From an uncultured Acidobacteriota bacterium (GTDB lineage: Bacteria; Acidobacteriota; Terriglobia; Versatilivoradales; Versatilivoraceae), in contig CAWDMN010000059.1 in assembly GCA_963803155.1 (NCBI GenBank), forward strand, positions 99,603 through 163,602: a stretch of 64,000 bases of DNA, written 5' to 3'. The notes beneath the pieces are model-generated. The model was not told the DNA's origin. It saw nothing but the letters and a program-made list of their open reading frames with translations, and ran no database searches. Numbering within the stretch: position 1 is the stretch's first letter; every line of letters starts with the position of its first letter. Positions 18,920-29,549 of this stretch are shown piece by piece. The translations under genes and the position numbers were made by a program.

Positions 18920-21862
18920 TCATTGCTTCACCTCCGATGGAGACAAGACTACTCTCTGGCTCGGCCGCAGCCAGACGGGGCCAAGCAAGCCCGAGGATAC
19001 CGGAGCGGGAATCCTGTCTTTCAAATCGGAATAAGGAGGCGGCAATGCCGGCTTCAAGCGCATTTGATTCGCGAGACAGTTGGTAACCCGGATCTCCAGT
19101 TGATTTTTTCCAGCCTTAACGCAATTGGTTACGTCGATCATAAAAGGATGTTTCCAGGCGATGCCCGCCAATTTTCCATTCATCCAGACTTCCGCGATAT
19201 CTCGTACTTCCCCCAAATTCAAATTCAAATATCGCCCCTCCATTAGAAAGATTCCTGGGATGTCGATTTCACAGCGATAAGCGGCTGTCCCGGAAAAATT
19301 TTCAAATTCCGGATAGTCAGTCCAGCTCGTTAATTTTTCCAGCTGTTTTCCGATCCGCCCTGCGCTTAGATTCCAGGGCCCTGTCACGGCCAAAGGGGCA
19401 GGAAGATTTTCCACCGAGGATTGGATCACTCCTTCGGCTGTCCGTGCCTGGTAGATTCCATTTTTGGTGACAGTCGCAATCGCTCTTTTTCCAGTGTCAT
19501 CTACCCGCGAGATTTCGCTGAGATTTGCCGAGACAATTGAATCCACTGGATCGGAGTTGAACACAATAAATGCCGATCCCCACGGCTGAAGAGAAATTTC
19601 CACTTCAGTAAAGTTGTTGACGGCCCTGAATGTGTGCAAAGGTTTTATGGCTCCCGATTCCGCGTCAAACAGCCACGGATAGAGGCCGGACACCCGATAA
19701 CGTCCGCGGAGAGATTTTTCCTGACCGCACACATTTGCCACAAAGTAGATCTGCTTATCCCCGGCATTCCTATGAACAAAGCCTACTCCGGAATCCGGAG
19801 AATCAAAAACCAGGTCAGGGGAAATCACTTTTGAAACAAGACGTGGCAACAGGTGAGTCCCAGGCGCAAGAGATGCATATGAATCCCGAGGAATAAAAAT
19901 TCCCTCCCCCTCCCCTAGCCTATTCCCTCGCGCCCGCGGCTCTCCAAGCCAGGGACTGGCATGGGGATTCTTAGAATCTCCAAATATTTCATTTACCAGC
20001 TGGTGAACCTGGTTTGTTTGCACGGTGGCGTTTTGGAATCCCGGCGACCGTGCGGGAAGATTATCGGTTCCGACTACAACTCCTCCCGCCAGACAAAATT
20101 CGCGAAGACGTTGGAGAGATTCAGGCTCTATGCTGGATAAACCAGGCAGCACCAATACCCGGTACCGCATCGGGCCGACTTTCAGGAACTTTCCCTCCAG
20201 TTTCGACTCCTTTAATCTCCCGGCATTGATGAAGTCAAAGTCATAACCTCCATCCTGCAAAGCCTCCAACATGCGGGTTATACTTGAGTTTCCACCTTCA
20301 TTGAACCTCGCTTCAATTCCCCCGGCTAAATCAAACCAGTCACCATAAGCATCGGCCCATACATCTTCATAAGGCAGATACACCGCGACATCGCTGACCG
20401 GGGATCCTTGTTGGAGGAGGAAATTGGTCCGGCGCAGATAATCGGAAAGATGCTTCAGGTGCGGCCACCAGGTATTGCCGGGGCTGACGTTGGTGGCCGC
20501 ATAATAATACCAACCGGGAGATTCAGCCCAAGATGGAGAAAAGGGGACCCCATGAAAGTTGACCTGGTTGATGCCATCCAGATAAATCGCATCCGCGGCT
20601 GCTTTCATATTCTCCAGTGTGACCAGGAAGAGCGGAAAGCGAAGCCAAGTGAAGCTTTCACAGGAAATCTGATTTCTTCCGAACAGATGCCCGGCTGAGC
20701 TGGCTAGTTTGCGATCCCGAATATTGAGGTGGCGTCGATCTTCCGGGCCATATGTTTCCGCTTCGGGAATATCGTTTAGCCCATAAGCTTCCAAAATGTC
20801 AGCGGGAGTGCCATGAGCTTCAACTCTGGTTTTAAGTTCCTGCCGATGCGCCCAATCCTTCAAAGGAGCAAAGCAATTCTCCAATGCCAGTTCGGATACG
20901 GTTTTTCTGAAATCGTATCGGATCCGTCTACCAGCGTCACCCGTGGAAAGAAATAGGGCAGACAAATAAGGAAGCAAGGAGTAACCGCGTCTTTTTTGAA
21001 ATTCCACCGGGAGAGCGGGAGTCCAGTTGGATCCGAAAACCTCCCAGCTATCCATGGTCACGGCATGCGCGCCTTTTAGAGAGGGGGCTTGATTATCGCC
21101 ATTGTGCTTGAGATGCATTTCCATGGCTGTTCGATTGAAATGGTCAAGCACAAGGCCTTCACCACCAGGAGCCGCCCGTTTCACTTTCATGCCCGTATAG
21201 CCGCCCACAAAGCTCATCAGCTTCCAAGGTCCGGGAGGGATGTGCCAGTTTTCGAGCCGCCACTCTTGAACTTTGGAGGTTAAATCCAGCAGGGTCTCCA
21301 GATCGATGCCTCCTTCCCCATTGATCTTGGCAGCCTGGACAGCTAACAAAATCTCTGCTCCGGTCATCCTTCCGGGAACGGGCCCGGAGAAGTCTCGCGG
21401 GCCTGAAATCTCCAGTGAGGCGAACTTCAGTTGCCCCGCCCCAAGAGTAGATGGAATGTATGGGCCGCCGAAGGGCCACCCGGTACCCAAGACAGTCTCA
21501 GCCTGGAGACCGATTTCTCCCGCATACCGAACGGATTCTCTCACCCTTTCCAGATATTGAGGAGAGAGGTACGGAAAGTTCTCTACCCCAGCGGGCAGAT
21601 GGGCGTCGGGAAAGGTATAGATTGGATAGATCCGAAAACCTCCCAATCCTGCGGCCTTCATGGCATCCAGGCTGTTGTGGATATCCCGGATGGAATAAGG
21701 ACAACCAAACCACCACCAAAAACAGGAAGGGCCAAATTGAGTTGGCGGGGCAACAAAATGTTGCTCAAATTCATCAGCCGCGGCGCAAGGAGAGGAGAAA
21801 AAACCTCCCATCAAGAGTACTGACAGCCAGAGGATTCGCTTCCAAGTCAATGGATTTCTCAT
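18920..21862 (-). CDS. Large secreted glycoside hydrolase with a C-terminal galactose-binding-like (GH2_N-type) domain; possibly GH106/GH2-like
   Basis: 980 aa; signal MRNPLTWKRILWLSVLLMGGFFSSPCAAA. The C-terminal AAYRCEIDIP...NLNLGEVRDIAEVWMNGKLAGI...NQLEIRVTN resembles a sugar-binding jelly-roll. Family assignment is tentative. Confidence 0.4.
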   Translation of the reverse strand: MRNPLTWKRILWLSVLLMGGFFSSPCAAADEFEQHFVAPPTQFGPSCFWWWFGCPYSIRDIHNSLDAMKAAGLGGFRIYPIYTFPDAHLPAGVENFPYLSPQYLERVRESVRYAGEIGLQAETVLGTGWPFGGPYIPSTLGAGQLKFASLEISGPRDFSGPVPGRMTGAEILLAVQAAKINGEGGIDLETLLDLTSKVQEWRLENWHIPPGPWKLMSFVGGYTGMKVKRAAPGGEGLVLDHFNRTAMEMHLKHNGDNQAPSLKGAHAVTMDSWEVFGSNWTPALPVEFQKRRGYSLLPYLSALFLSTGDAGRRIRYDFRKTVSELALENCFAPLKDWAHRQELKTRVEAHGTPADILEAYGLNDIPEAETYGPEDRRHLNIRDRKLASSAGHLFGRNQISCESFTWLRFPLFLVTLENMKAAADAIYLDGINQVNFHGVPFSPSWAESPGWYYYAATNVSPGNTWWPHLKHLSDYLRRTNFLLQQGSPVSDVAVYLPYEDVWADAYGDWFDLAGGIEARFNEGGNSSITRMLEALQDGGYDFDFINAGRLKESKLEGKFLKVGPMRYRVLVLPGLSSIEPESLQRLREFCLAGGVVVGTDNLPARSPGFQNATVQTNQVHQLVNEIFGDSKNPHASPWLGEPRARGNRLGEGEGIFIPRDSYASLAPGTHLLPRLVSKVISPDLVFDSPDSGVGFVHRNAGDKQIYFVANVCGQEKSLRGRYRVSGLYPWLFDAESGAIKPLHTFRAVNNFTEVEISLQPWGSAFIVFNSDPVDSIVSANLSEISRVDDTGKRAIATVTKNGIYQARTAEGVIQSSVENLPAPLAVTGPWNLSAGRIGKQLEKLTSWTDYPEFENFSGTAAYRCEIDIPGIFLMEGRYLNLNLGEVRDIAEVWMNGKLAGIAWKHPFMIDVTNCVKAGKNQLEIRVTNCLANQMRLKPALPPPYSDLKDRIPAPVSSGLLGPVWLRPSQRVVLSPSEVKQ

Positions 21863-24438
21863 TCTTTGGATCCCTTCCTGCGCGCTAAGAGGGCAAGGGC
21901 AGGCTGTCCATAAGCCAGGGTGGAAGCAGGAGACAAGGGACGCGTTTGCCCCAGGAATTGTTTAGGGCGGCCGCTTGTTTTGGCAACTTCGGGATTGTTG
22001 ATCCCCCATTGAGCCCAAGGGTCACCACGACCTAAGGGATCCTGGGAGAGGTTTAATTGCGCATGCAACTTTTCCAGAACTACGGAGACCAAGTCAGTAT
22101 AGTGAGGTGATCCGGTGGTGTCCCCCAAGACAGCCAGCGCATAAAGCGCCAACGAAGATTCTCCCACATCCACCGGCTTCTCGCCTTCTTTGCCAAACAG
22201 AAAATCCACTGCCTGATTCAAAGCTCTTAAAACTATCTCGTCCCGGCGAATGGCATAATAGTCAGCCAACGCCATGACAACATGCTCCACAAATCCTTCT
22301 ATGGACTGGTTCGGATTTCCTAGATAAGCCGGCCAACTTCCGTTCGCTTTCTGAAATTTGAGGAGCACCTGGACCGGTCCTTGGGCGGCATCCAGGTATT
22401 CAGCCCGAGAAGTAAACAGGTAAAACTGGCACATGATGTGAAGATAGACTGAAACAGTGCGGGCATCCGCTTCCGCAAAGTCAATCGGGACATTCCTCAA
22501 GTCTTCGCCACAGCGAGTGATCCACTCCTCGAGTATCGGATCCCCGCTTATGGCAGCCCAATGCATCATCCCCAGGAGCCAGGAGTGGTCCGGTTCTCCA
22601 GCCTTCCCCTGCGCCAGGTAACAATGGCCGTAACTGTGGGTCCACATCCCCCACCGGGGGTGATGACAAATATCGATGTCGAACAGGTGCCGCGCCACGA
22701 TGCGGCACCGATCCCAGACTTTTGGATTGCCAGTCCGAAAATAATAAAGCAGCAATCCCAGCAAGGGATCGCGTTCATTGTTGTGCCAGTACCCTTCCCG
22801 CGCCATTTCTCCCATCTCGCCCCACTTGGTGCCGGGGTGGCACATGTAATCCGTCCCGGCGGTCATGTACTTGAAGTCACCATAGTCAAATTTCCCGTAA
22901 CAGCGCAGCACGTCTATGTGTCGATCCAGCCATTGAAAATTTTCATCGAAGAGCTGTTCAAAATGGGGAAAGATCTTGGCATCCCGAGGGGAAAGGATTC
23001 CCAACGCCCCGGTGTCAGAGACATAGGCGGGATCCAATTGTCCGCGAACCGGCTGCAGCGTTTTATTCCACCACTTCCGTTCAAATGCGGGCATTCCCTC
23101 CTTCCCTGCCCAGAGGCTAAGCACGATGTCTTGAGTCTTTGCCATGCCCTGGCGCGCAGCCAGACATTGTTCCTCAGCATCAAAAAAAGCGAGGTAGGGA
23201 TGAGGCATCACCGGCCAATATTTGGCATATTCATAGGGTCGGTTGCCAAAGGGATCAGCGGGGAGAATTGGCTTGGATGCCAGGTGGCGTGAGGCTCTTT
23301 CAGGCCACAAGCCGACGCTTAATTCCCCCTCACGCAGAGAGATTTCATTGGGATACTCCTCGTGAAAATTGGGAACCCAAATTCCCAAACATTGGCGGGC
23401 ACTCTGAAAATACAACCATCCAGGAGCCTGTTCTCCGTTACAGCCTCCACTTGAGAGGTTTTGGATCCGGCCATCGGGATTCACTGTTTTAGCCCAATAA
23501 CAGTCATAGTCTTCCTGTAAGAGATAAACCGGCCAATCTTTCAGGTAGGGACCATCATAGACTCCCCGGTCACAGCTGAAGACCAGCCTTTCAGGAGAGA
23601 ATACGAAGGGGAAAATCAACCGAAGGTCACGGACTTTTTCCACCGACGCCTCGCTGTTATTGATCCATGACACGGTCAAATAAACTTCAGGCCGAGCCCG
23701 ATAGGCAGTCCAGCGAAAAATGAAATCGAAAAGCTGGCTTCCATCCTTCGCCCTCAATTTTCCCTGGCAGCGAACCGAGGCTCTAATCGGGCCTCGTTCC
23801 TCAATAGTCATTGTCCCCGTTTCAGCGGCCAAAGTTGCCAGAAAAGTTTTGCCGTCCGGCCGGATCAGCCGAAGATCCGCGCATCCGGGACCTTGAATCA
23901 ATGGATGCATATGGCCGTCCTTGCCCACCCCGGAGACGCTCTCCAACCATCCTCCGGGGGTGTCGATAAAGGCCAGCTCAACCTCCCCCGTATTGAGGAG
24001 CAGCTTTCCATTGGCAGCATAAACCAGTTCTGGGGATGCCGGTCTCTTTCCCAACTTCAGAGTGTAATCCCCCGGGCCGTCAGAAGCTTCAAATACGACC
24101 GACAACCATCGTATGCTGCCATCCGGCCAGGTTGCGGACGATTTCGCTTGCATCATCACGGGTTGTCCCCTGGGGGAAAAAATGGAAAGATTTTCGGGAT
24201 GAAAAACTTGCCCATGTCGAAAGGGAATACTTGTCTCAACTGGAGGTCCGAGCGGAGGAGGTCCGGCCGGTGCGGTTGCCTGGATATGGACAATCAGAGG
24301 ATTGTTCGTAGGGGAAATCCCCTGCGGATTGGAACTCCCGAGAGGGAGGAACCGCGAATTGGAAGGAAACACCGCGCCGGCCATAAAGGCTTGGGTTAGG
24401 AAATCGCGACGAGATAGGCGAAATTGTTTCCGGTGCAT
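21859..24438 (-). CDS. Tat-exported hypothetical protein, probably a carbohydrate-active enzyme (hydrolase/lyase) of unassigned family
   Basis: 859 aa; Tat motif LSRRDFLTQAFMAGAVF. His/Trp-rich putative active-site stretch HHPRWGMWTHSYGHCYL. The context is entirely glycan degradation. Confidence 0.3.
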   Translation of the reverse strand: MHRKQFRLSRRDFLTQAFMAGAVFPSNSRFLPLGSSNPQGISPTNNPLIVHIQATAPAGPPPLGPPVETSIPFRHGQVFHPENLSIFSPRGQPVMMQAKSSATWPDGSIRWLSVVFEASDGPGDYTLKLGKRPASPELVYAANGKLLLNTGEVELAFIDTPGGWLESVSGVGKDGHMHPLIQGPGCADLRLIRPDGKTFLATLAAETGTMTIEERGPIRASVRCQGKLRAKDGSQLFDFIFRWTAYRARPEVYLTVSWINNSEASVEKVRDLRLIFPFVFSPERLVFSCDRGVYDGPYLKDWPVYLLQEDYDCYWAKTVNPDGRIQNLSSGGCNGEQAPGWLYFQSARQCLGIWVPNFHEEYPNEISLREGELSVGLWPERASRHLASKPILPADPFGNRPYEYAKYWPVMPHPYLAFFDAEEQCLAARQGMAKTQDIVLSLWAGKEGMPAFERKWWNKTLQPVRGQLDPAYVSDTGALGILSPRDAKIFPHFEQLFDENFQWLDRHIDVLRCYGKFDYGDFKYMTAGTDYMCHPGTKWGEMGEMAREGYWHNNERDPLLGLLLYYFRTGNPKVWDRCRIVARHLFDIDICHHPRWGMWTHSYGHCYLAQGKAGEPDHSWLLGMMHWAAISGDPILEEWITRCGEDLRNVPIDFAEADARTVSVYLHIMCQFYLFTSRAEYLDAAQGPVQVLLKFQKANGSWPAYLGNPNQSIEGFVEHVVMALADYYAIRRDEIVLRALNQAVDFLFGKEGEKPVDVGESSLALYALAVLGDTTGSPHYTDLVSVVLEKLHAQLNLSQDPLGRGDPWAQWGINNPEVAKTSGRPKQFLGQTRPLSPASTLAYGQPALALLARRKGSKE

Positions 24439-24445
24439 ATCAATC

Positions 24446-26161
24446 CTATTTCTTTCCTAGCGATCGTTGATATAGCTGTGGAAGTTGATCGGGACGGACG
24501 ACAACATATTCAGATCCAAGCCCTTTCACGATGTTCTCTGCCATATCCAAACTGGTTAGCCAGTTCGCCAAAAAAACATGTAAAAATACTGGCCGCTGCG
24601 AGGGGGTCCAGCGCCGGATCTCATTAATCATGTAATATTCCGCATCCCTTCTGGCTGAAGGAGTAAACGTGAATGGACCGGGAGGACGATCAATGGCTCG
24701 AAATACCGGTTTGCCCTCCACGACCGTCAGCAGATTCTCCTTCGTGGTGGAATGGCTTCGTCCGTAATTGGCAAATATCCCTTGAATGCCGGGAGTTCGA
24801 GCCCACCGGGCCAAACTCTCCGGGCGCATTTCCGAGTAGGTCGACATTACCGTCGCATCCAATCGTGCCTGGTAAAGAGCAGAGAGGCGAACATATTCAA
24901 TACAGATTTTTTCTCGTTCCTCAGGCGAATAATTCTCCGCGTAATCATCTTCATGGATATACCCCATACCGGTTAAAGCCATCAGAAAACAATCCCCCGG
25001 CCTGGCTTTTTTGTAATAATAGTCAAGAATGTCAGGGTGCAAATCAAAGGCCGTTGGTCCAATCTGCCAACCGATGGGGACAGAGCCATGCTTTGGGTCG
25101 TCGAAAAGTTTCCGATAATAATGACGATGGAAATTCAATCCATCGCCATCCGATCGAATAAACGCCAAGTATGCCTTCGATGAATCCAACTGCACTGCCG
25201 GCAGAGGTTGCTTGAGAATGGCGGTAGTGCCGGAGTGAACCGACAGGTTGCCCACCGTGGGGGAATAGGCATCAAATGCTGTACAAGCCGTGTACTTGGC
25301 GCATTGGCTGGCCAGCCGCACTCCCGGTGTCTCGCCGATTCCTCCTGTCTTGTCGCCGCTGGTGGGCCAGCCCAGGCAAGGGATATTGGGAGGCCACTCC
25401 ATCAGGATCTCACGAGCAAATTTGAATTCCTCTTCTGATGCAGCCTTAGGATTTCTCTCCTCGTCTTGTGGGCCGGAAATCCAAAGAATGGGAATCTTGA
25501 ATTCGACCAGATAATCCCGCAGAGCGGCTTCTTGAGGAGCCAGAATGGCAATAGCCTGGCGGAAAACCTGACTTTTATATTTTCGATAGAACCAACGATA
25601 GGCATCAAGGTCTTTCTTCCACTGAAAGCTCCTAAGATCCAATCCCAGCGTGCTGGAATCTGGAATCACTCCCATGGAGAGATTGAATTGATCGGCGTTG
25701 CCGGGTGCCGCCACTAATCCATTGTGAATGGCGGCAAGCATGGTCGCCACATTGATGGTGGCGGGGACGGCAGGATCAAAGACAAACATCTGGGTGACAA
25801 AGGGAAGGAAACGTTCAAATACTTCCCCAATTTCAAGCCACACAACCTTTTCAACATCCCCGCGGGCCTGCAGCCATTCCAACCAGAGTTCATCGTACCG
25901 GTCGTGAACCAGGTAGAGTTGAGGTTGAAGGCGGTTCACTAATCCCTGCAGGCATGAGAGAGTGAGTCGCATTTCCGCGGCATATGAGGTGAGATCACCC
26001 GCTCGGAAGGCAAAAAGCGTGCGAGACGGCGGTCGGGACTTTGGACAAACGTGGAACTCTTCGGCAGACTGGCTGTTTCCTTCGCGCGACAACCAGATAG
26101 CGGCGGAAGCTACAAGAGAACTCTGCATGAAATGTCGTCGGTTCATCTGAATTCCGATCAT
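24446..26161 (-). CDS. Tat-exported hypothetical protein
   Basis: Tat motif MNRRHFMQSSLVASAAIWLS at the internal Met. The annotated ORF continues to a TTG at 26260, only 8 bp from a MITE end, which is probably adventitious. Confidence 0.4.
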   Translation of the reverse strand: MIGIQMNRRHFMQSSLVASAAIWLSREGNSQSAEEFHVCPKSRPPSRTLFAFRAGDLTSYAAEMRLTLSCLQGLVNRLQPQLYLVHDRYDELWLEWLQARGDVEKVVWLEIGEVFERFLPFVTQMFVFDPAVPATINVATMLAAIHNGLVAAPGNADQFNLSMGVIPDSSTLGLDLRSFQWKKDLDAYRWFYRKYKSQVFRQAIAILAPQEAALRDYLVEFKIPILWISGPQDEERNPKAASEEEFKFAREILMEWPPNIPCLGWPTSGDKTGGIGETPGVRLASQCAKYTACTAFDAYSPTVGNLSVHSGTTAILKQPLPAVQLDSSKAYLAFIRSDGDGLNFHRHYYRKLFDDPKHGSVPIGWQIGPTAFDLHPDILDYYYKKARPGDCFLMALTGMGYIHEDDYAENYSPEEREKICIEYVRLSALYQARLDATVMSTYSEMRPESLARWARTPGIQGIFANYGRSHSTTKENLLTVVEGKPVFRAIDRPPGPFTFTPSARRDAEYYMINEIRRWTPSQRPVFLHVFLANWLTSLDMAENIVKGLGSEYVVVRPDQLPQLYQRSLGKK

Positions 26162-26267
26162 AATAAGAATGGGTTTCCCCCCGCTCATGTGGAGGGTCCA
26201 GGGTTGAAGAAAATTCTTCTTAGGCCGTCGGCAGAATTTATCGAATATCGTCTTTTCCAACTTAGAC

Positions 26268-26492
26268 CTCGTAAATAAAATACCGGTTCAAAATTCCCCT
26301 CCTCGGACGAGGTTGTTAAATCCGTCCTGGCGGAAGGGGTGGCCGAGACAAAGTCGAGGCCGGGGTGGTGCGAAGGCTGCCGATTCCCGCCAGTCAAAAA
26401 CCTCAGACCACCCCTGACGCGTCCTGACGGCCGCGTCTTTCCCCTCCTTGGCTAAGGAGGGGAACTTAGTTGTACCGGTAATTTATTTACGA
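26268..26492. repeat. MITE copy 1 (~225 bp) with ~30-bp terminal inverted repeats and an internal perfect hairpin
   Basis: Left cgtaaataaaataccggttcaaaattcc; right ggaacttagttgtaccggtaatttatttacg. Internal cccctccttggctaaggagggg. About 88% identical to copy 2. Confidence 0.6.
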
Positions 26493-26524
26493 TTCCTTAA
26501 GATAGTTTATCTAAGCGTGAGACT

Positions 26525-27657
26525 TTATTTCCCTTTCCCCCCCGATGGAACGAAAGTGATCTCCCTAGTGGAATAGCCCGCCATGAAAAACCGCCCGTTT
26601 TGCCCCAGCCGTTTGTCCGTTTCCCCCTTGGCGGTTCCGATGACTTGTGGATACCAGCCATTTTCCATCTTGGTTTTGGAAAGATTGGCCCCCATCATGG
26701 CACGCTGAATGGCTTCCCGATTCAAAACCATGACAGGCCGGCTCCAACCGGCAGGATTATCGAGTCGAGGATTATAGCTGACATAAATCCCATCCGCGTT
26801 GAGACGCGTATCCACCGCGTGATTGAGCAGCATGACGTATTGATTGAGGAAGGTGTTCCAATGAATGGCGGGACCCCAGAACATCGCGCCGTCTTTTCTG
26901 TGGTAGTCAATTTCCGCTGGAAAGACGGGGGTAACATGACCCCAAATTCCCGGCTCATCCCATCGGCCCTGATGCCACTTCATGACTTTTCCCGAGGGAT
27001 TGTTTCGATCCTCAAATTTCATCCGGGCCGCCCAAATTCCCTGTTCTTCGAATTGGGAATCGTAACTGGTGCCGTAAAAATAAAAAAATTCCCTTTTTTC
27101 ATCGAGGACAAACACGAAATCTCCCGTCCCACCTGCATCCCACGGACTTTCCGTGTCGCAGCGGAGGGCGCAACGTTTGGCTTCTATGATAAAGCCCAGT
27201 TCTTCCCAAATCTTGCCATTGTCTGTGGACCGCAGCCAACCGATCCGCGGCATGGTAGGTAGATGTTTATTGGAAAAGCAGACGGCATCAGGTTCATAAT
27301 GGTAGGCACCGTATAGAATACCGGTCTCTTCATCCTTCCAGGTCGATTCAATCCAAATCGACAGGTTATCGTTGACTCCGCCCAGTTGGGTGGTGACATG
27401 GTTCTCTAAATGAAAAAGATCCGGTCCGGAACTGCGCCAGGGATGAGAATAGGAATTGAAGACATAGAGGGTGTCTCCATCCCAATGAACCGGGCTGTTG
27501 CAATCCGACTCATGAGGTAGATTGCGCTCCGGAACTGCAACTCCCGGCATTTGTAATGGGGGCGCCTCTTTCAAGGTTACAGAAGGGAGTAGAAGGTTCT
27601 GCGATTTAAGAATTGATGGCGTACACACACAAACGAGAAGAAGAATGAAGAAAAGGC
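26525..27657 (-). CDS. BNR/Asp-box beta-propeller protein (sialidase-superfamily glycosidase-like), paralog 1; N-terminus abuts or fuses with MITE copy 2
   Basis: Asp-box STDNGKIWEE. Signal-like LFFILLLVCVCTPSILKS has no canonical start codon in front of it. The frame stays open through the MITE to an ATG at 27955. Confidence 0.45.
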
Positions 27658-27870
27658 CTCGGAAATAAAATACCGGTTCAAAATTCCCCTCCTCGGATGA
27701 GGAGGGGTGGCCGAGACGAAGTCGAGGCCGGGGTGGTGCGAAGGCTGCCACTTCCCGCCAGTCAAAAACCTCAGACCACCCCTGACGCGGCCTGGCGGCC
27801 GCGTCTTTCCCCTCCTTGGCTAAGGAGGGGAACTTCGTTGTATCGGCAATTTGCTTACGATGCCAAAGGG
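27657..27870. repeat. MITE copy 2, same orientation as copy 1
   Basis: Left cggaaataaaataccggttcaaaattcc; right ggaacttcgttgtatcggcaatttgcttacg. Internal perfect palindrome cccctcctcggatgaggagggg. Confidence 0.6.
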
Positions 27871-28119
27871 ATGAAAACGCAATCAGAACATTTTGTCTCT
27901 TCGCCACTATACAAGATGAGGTTTTGCGCAGATTGTTCATGTAATTTGGCTCCACGGATTCGCTCTAAGAGGGTGTTTAAAAAGTAGCTTTTCTCTCGGG
28001 AATTGGTAGGGACGGCTCGCCGAGCCGTCCGTCTATGATTTGCGTAGAAGGCAATGCACAGACGGCTCTTTCGGCGAAAGAGCCCTACCTTATTCCAAAG
28101 TATACTTTTTAAACACCCT

Positions 28120-29373
28120 CTAAGGTTTTACCTTCTCGCCCGGTTTTAAAAAAGTCACCTCGAGACGGGACATCCCAGTCATAAACAACCTCCCCGTCCG
28201 GCCGCAGATTGTGTCGGTTTCGCCTTTATTCGTCCCGACGATTTGAGGATACCAGCCACTGGATATTGTGTCGGCCACCACGGTTCCTTCGGGCAGGGCC
28301 CTCAGTTCGCCATAATATACCCCAGGAGGAACCTGAAGGACTCCATTGGCAACCGAACCGAAAGCCTGGGCCTTCAAAATGCCGGCCCGATCCAATATCA
28401 TTTTAGGCTCGCTCCAACCTTGGGGATCGCTCACATCCGGATTAAAACTGATGTAAATTCCATCTTCCGTCAACTTAGTATCAATGGCATGGTTCAAAAC
28501 CATGACATACATATTTAGGTAATTGTTCCAATGGATGGCGGGCCCCCAAAACATGCACCCATCCAGGTGAGTGTAGTCACGTTGAGCTGGAAAAACCGGA
28601 GAAACATGCCCCCACAACCCGGGCTCATCCCAGTCTCCCCGGTGCCATTTTTTTGCTTTGCCGGCCGGAGAACCGCGGTCAGCGTAGCGCATACGCGCCG
28701 CAAAAACCCCCTGCTCTTCAAATCTTGGATCATAGCTCGTGCCATAAAAATAAAAGTACTCGCGCTTTTGGTCCGCTATAAAAGAGAAATCACCAGTGCC
28801 TCCGGAGTCCCAGGGACTTTTGGTTTGACAGTTGATCGCACACGGATCGGCGGAAATAATGAAACCCAAATCCTCCCAGGTGGCGCCATTGTCACGCGAA
28901 CGCATCCAGATGATTTTTGGCGCCGTGGGCGGATGCAAATTGCCGAAGCAGGTGGTGGTGGGTTCATGATGAAAGGCTCCGTACAGAGTTCCATCCTCAT
29001 CTTTATAGGTGCTCTCCACCCAGATCTGGAGCTTATCGTTCAATTCTCCCAGACGGGCTGACACTCGATCGCTTAGATGAAAAAGGTCCGGTCCGGAGGT
29101 CCTCCAGGGATGCCCGTAATTATTAAATAAATAGAGCGTATCCCCGTCCCAATGCAGAGGATTGTTGGAGTCTGCTTCATGAAGCAAACTGCGCTCGGGA
29201 ACTTCCACCCCGGGCATCTGAAGGAAGGGCGCTTCCCTCAAAACAACGGAAGGGAGTGAGTCGATTGCTTGCTTTGGAGGACCGGCCACCATTGAATCTC
29301 GGATTACCGCCATCGCTAGGATTCCAATAATTGAATGCTTGATGGCGCCAAGCAAAACCGGTTTCAAGTTCAT
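28120..29373 (-). CDS. BNR/Asp-box beta-propeller protein, paralog 2 (tandem duplicate of 26525..27657), secreted
   Basis: About 60% aa identity to paralog 1 (PSVVLREAPFLQMPGVEVPERSLLHEADSNNPLHWDGDTLY...). Asp-box SRDNGATWEDLG. Signal MNLKPVLLGAIKHSIIGILAMAV. Confidence 0.45.
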   Translation of the reverse strand: MNLKPVLLGAIKHSIIGILAMAVIRDSMVAGPPKQAIDSLPSVVLREAPFLQMPGVEVPERSLLHEADSNNPLHWDGDTLYLFNNYGHPWRTSGPDLFHLSDRVSARLGELNDKLQIWVESTYKDEDGTLYGAFHHEPTTTCFGNLHPPTAPKIIWMRSRDNGATWEDLGFIISADPCAINCQTKSPWDSGGTGDFSFIADQKREYFYFYGTSYDPRFEEQGVFAARMRYADRGSPAGKAKKWHRGDWDEPGLWGHVSPVFPAQRDYTHLDGCMFWGPAIHWNNYLNMYVMVLNHAIDTKLTEDGIYISFNPDVSDPQGWSEPKMILDRAGILKAQAFGSVANGVLQVPPGVYYGELRALPEGTVVADTISSGWYPQIVGTNKGETDTICGRTGRLFMTGMSRLEVTFLKPGEKVKP

Positions 29374-29549
29374 ATGGGCTCCTGATTCATTCCTGCTGAT
29401 TTGGGTCCCCTCAAATCGAAGCTACCGAGGAGGCGTGGACCAAAAGATCTAATAAAATGCCAAGACATAGTCAAAAGCCCGTCCAAGGAACCTCCGATCA
29501 AAGAGGCCCCACTTGGCGATGCAAACTCCAGGTGTCCGCAATCATCAAA

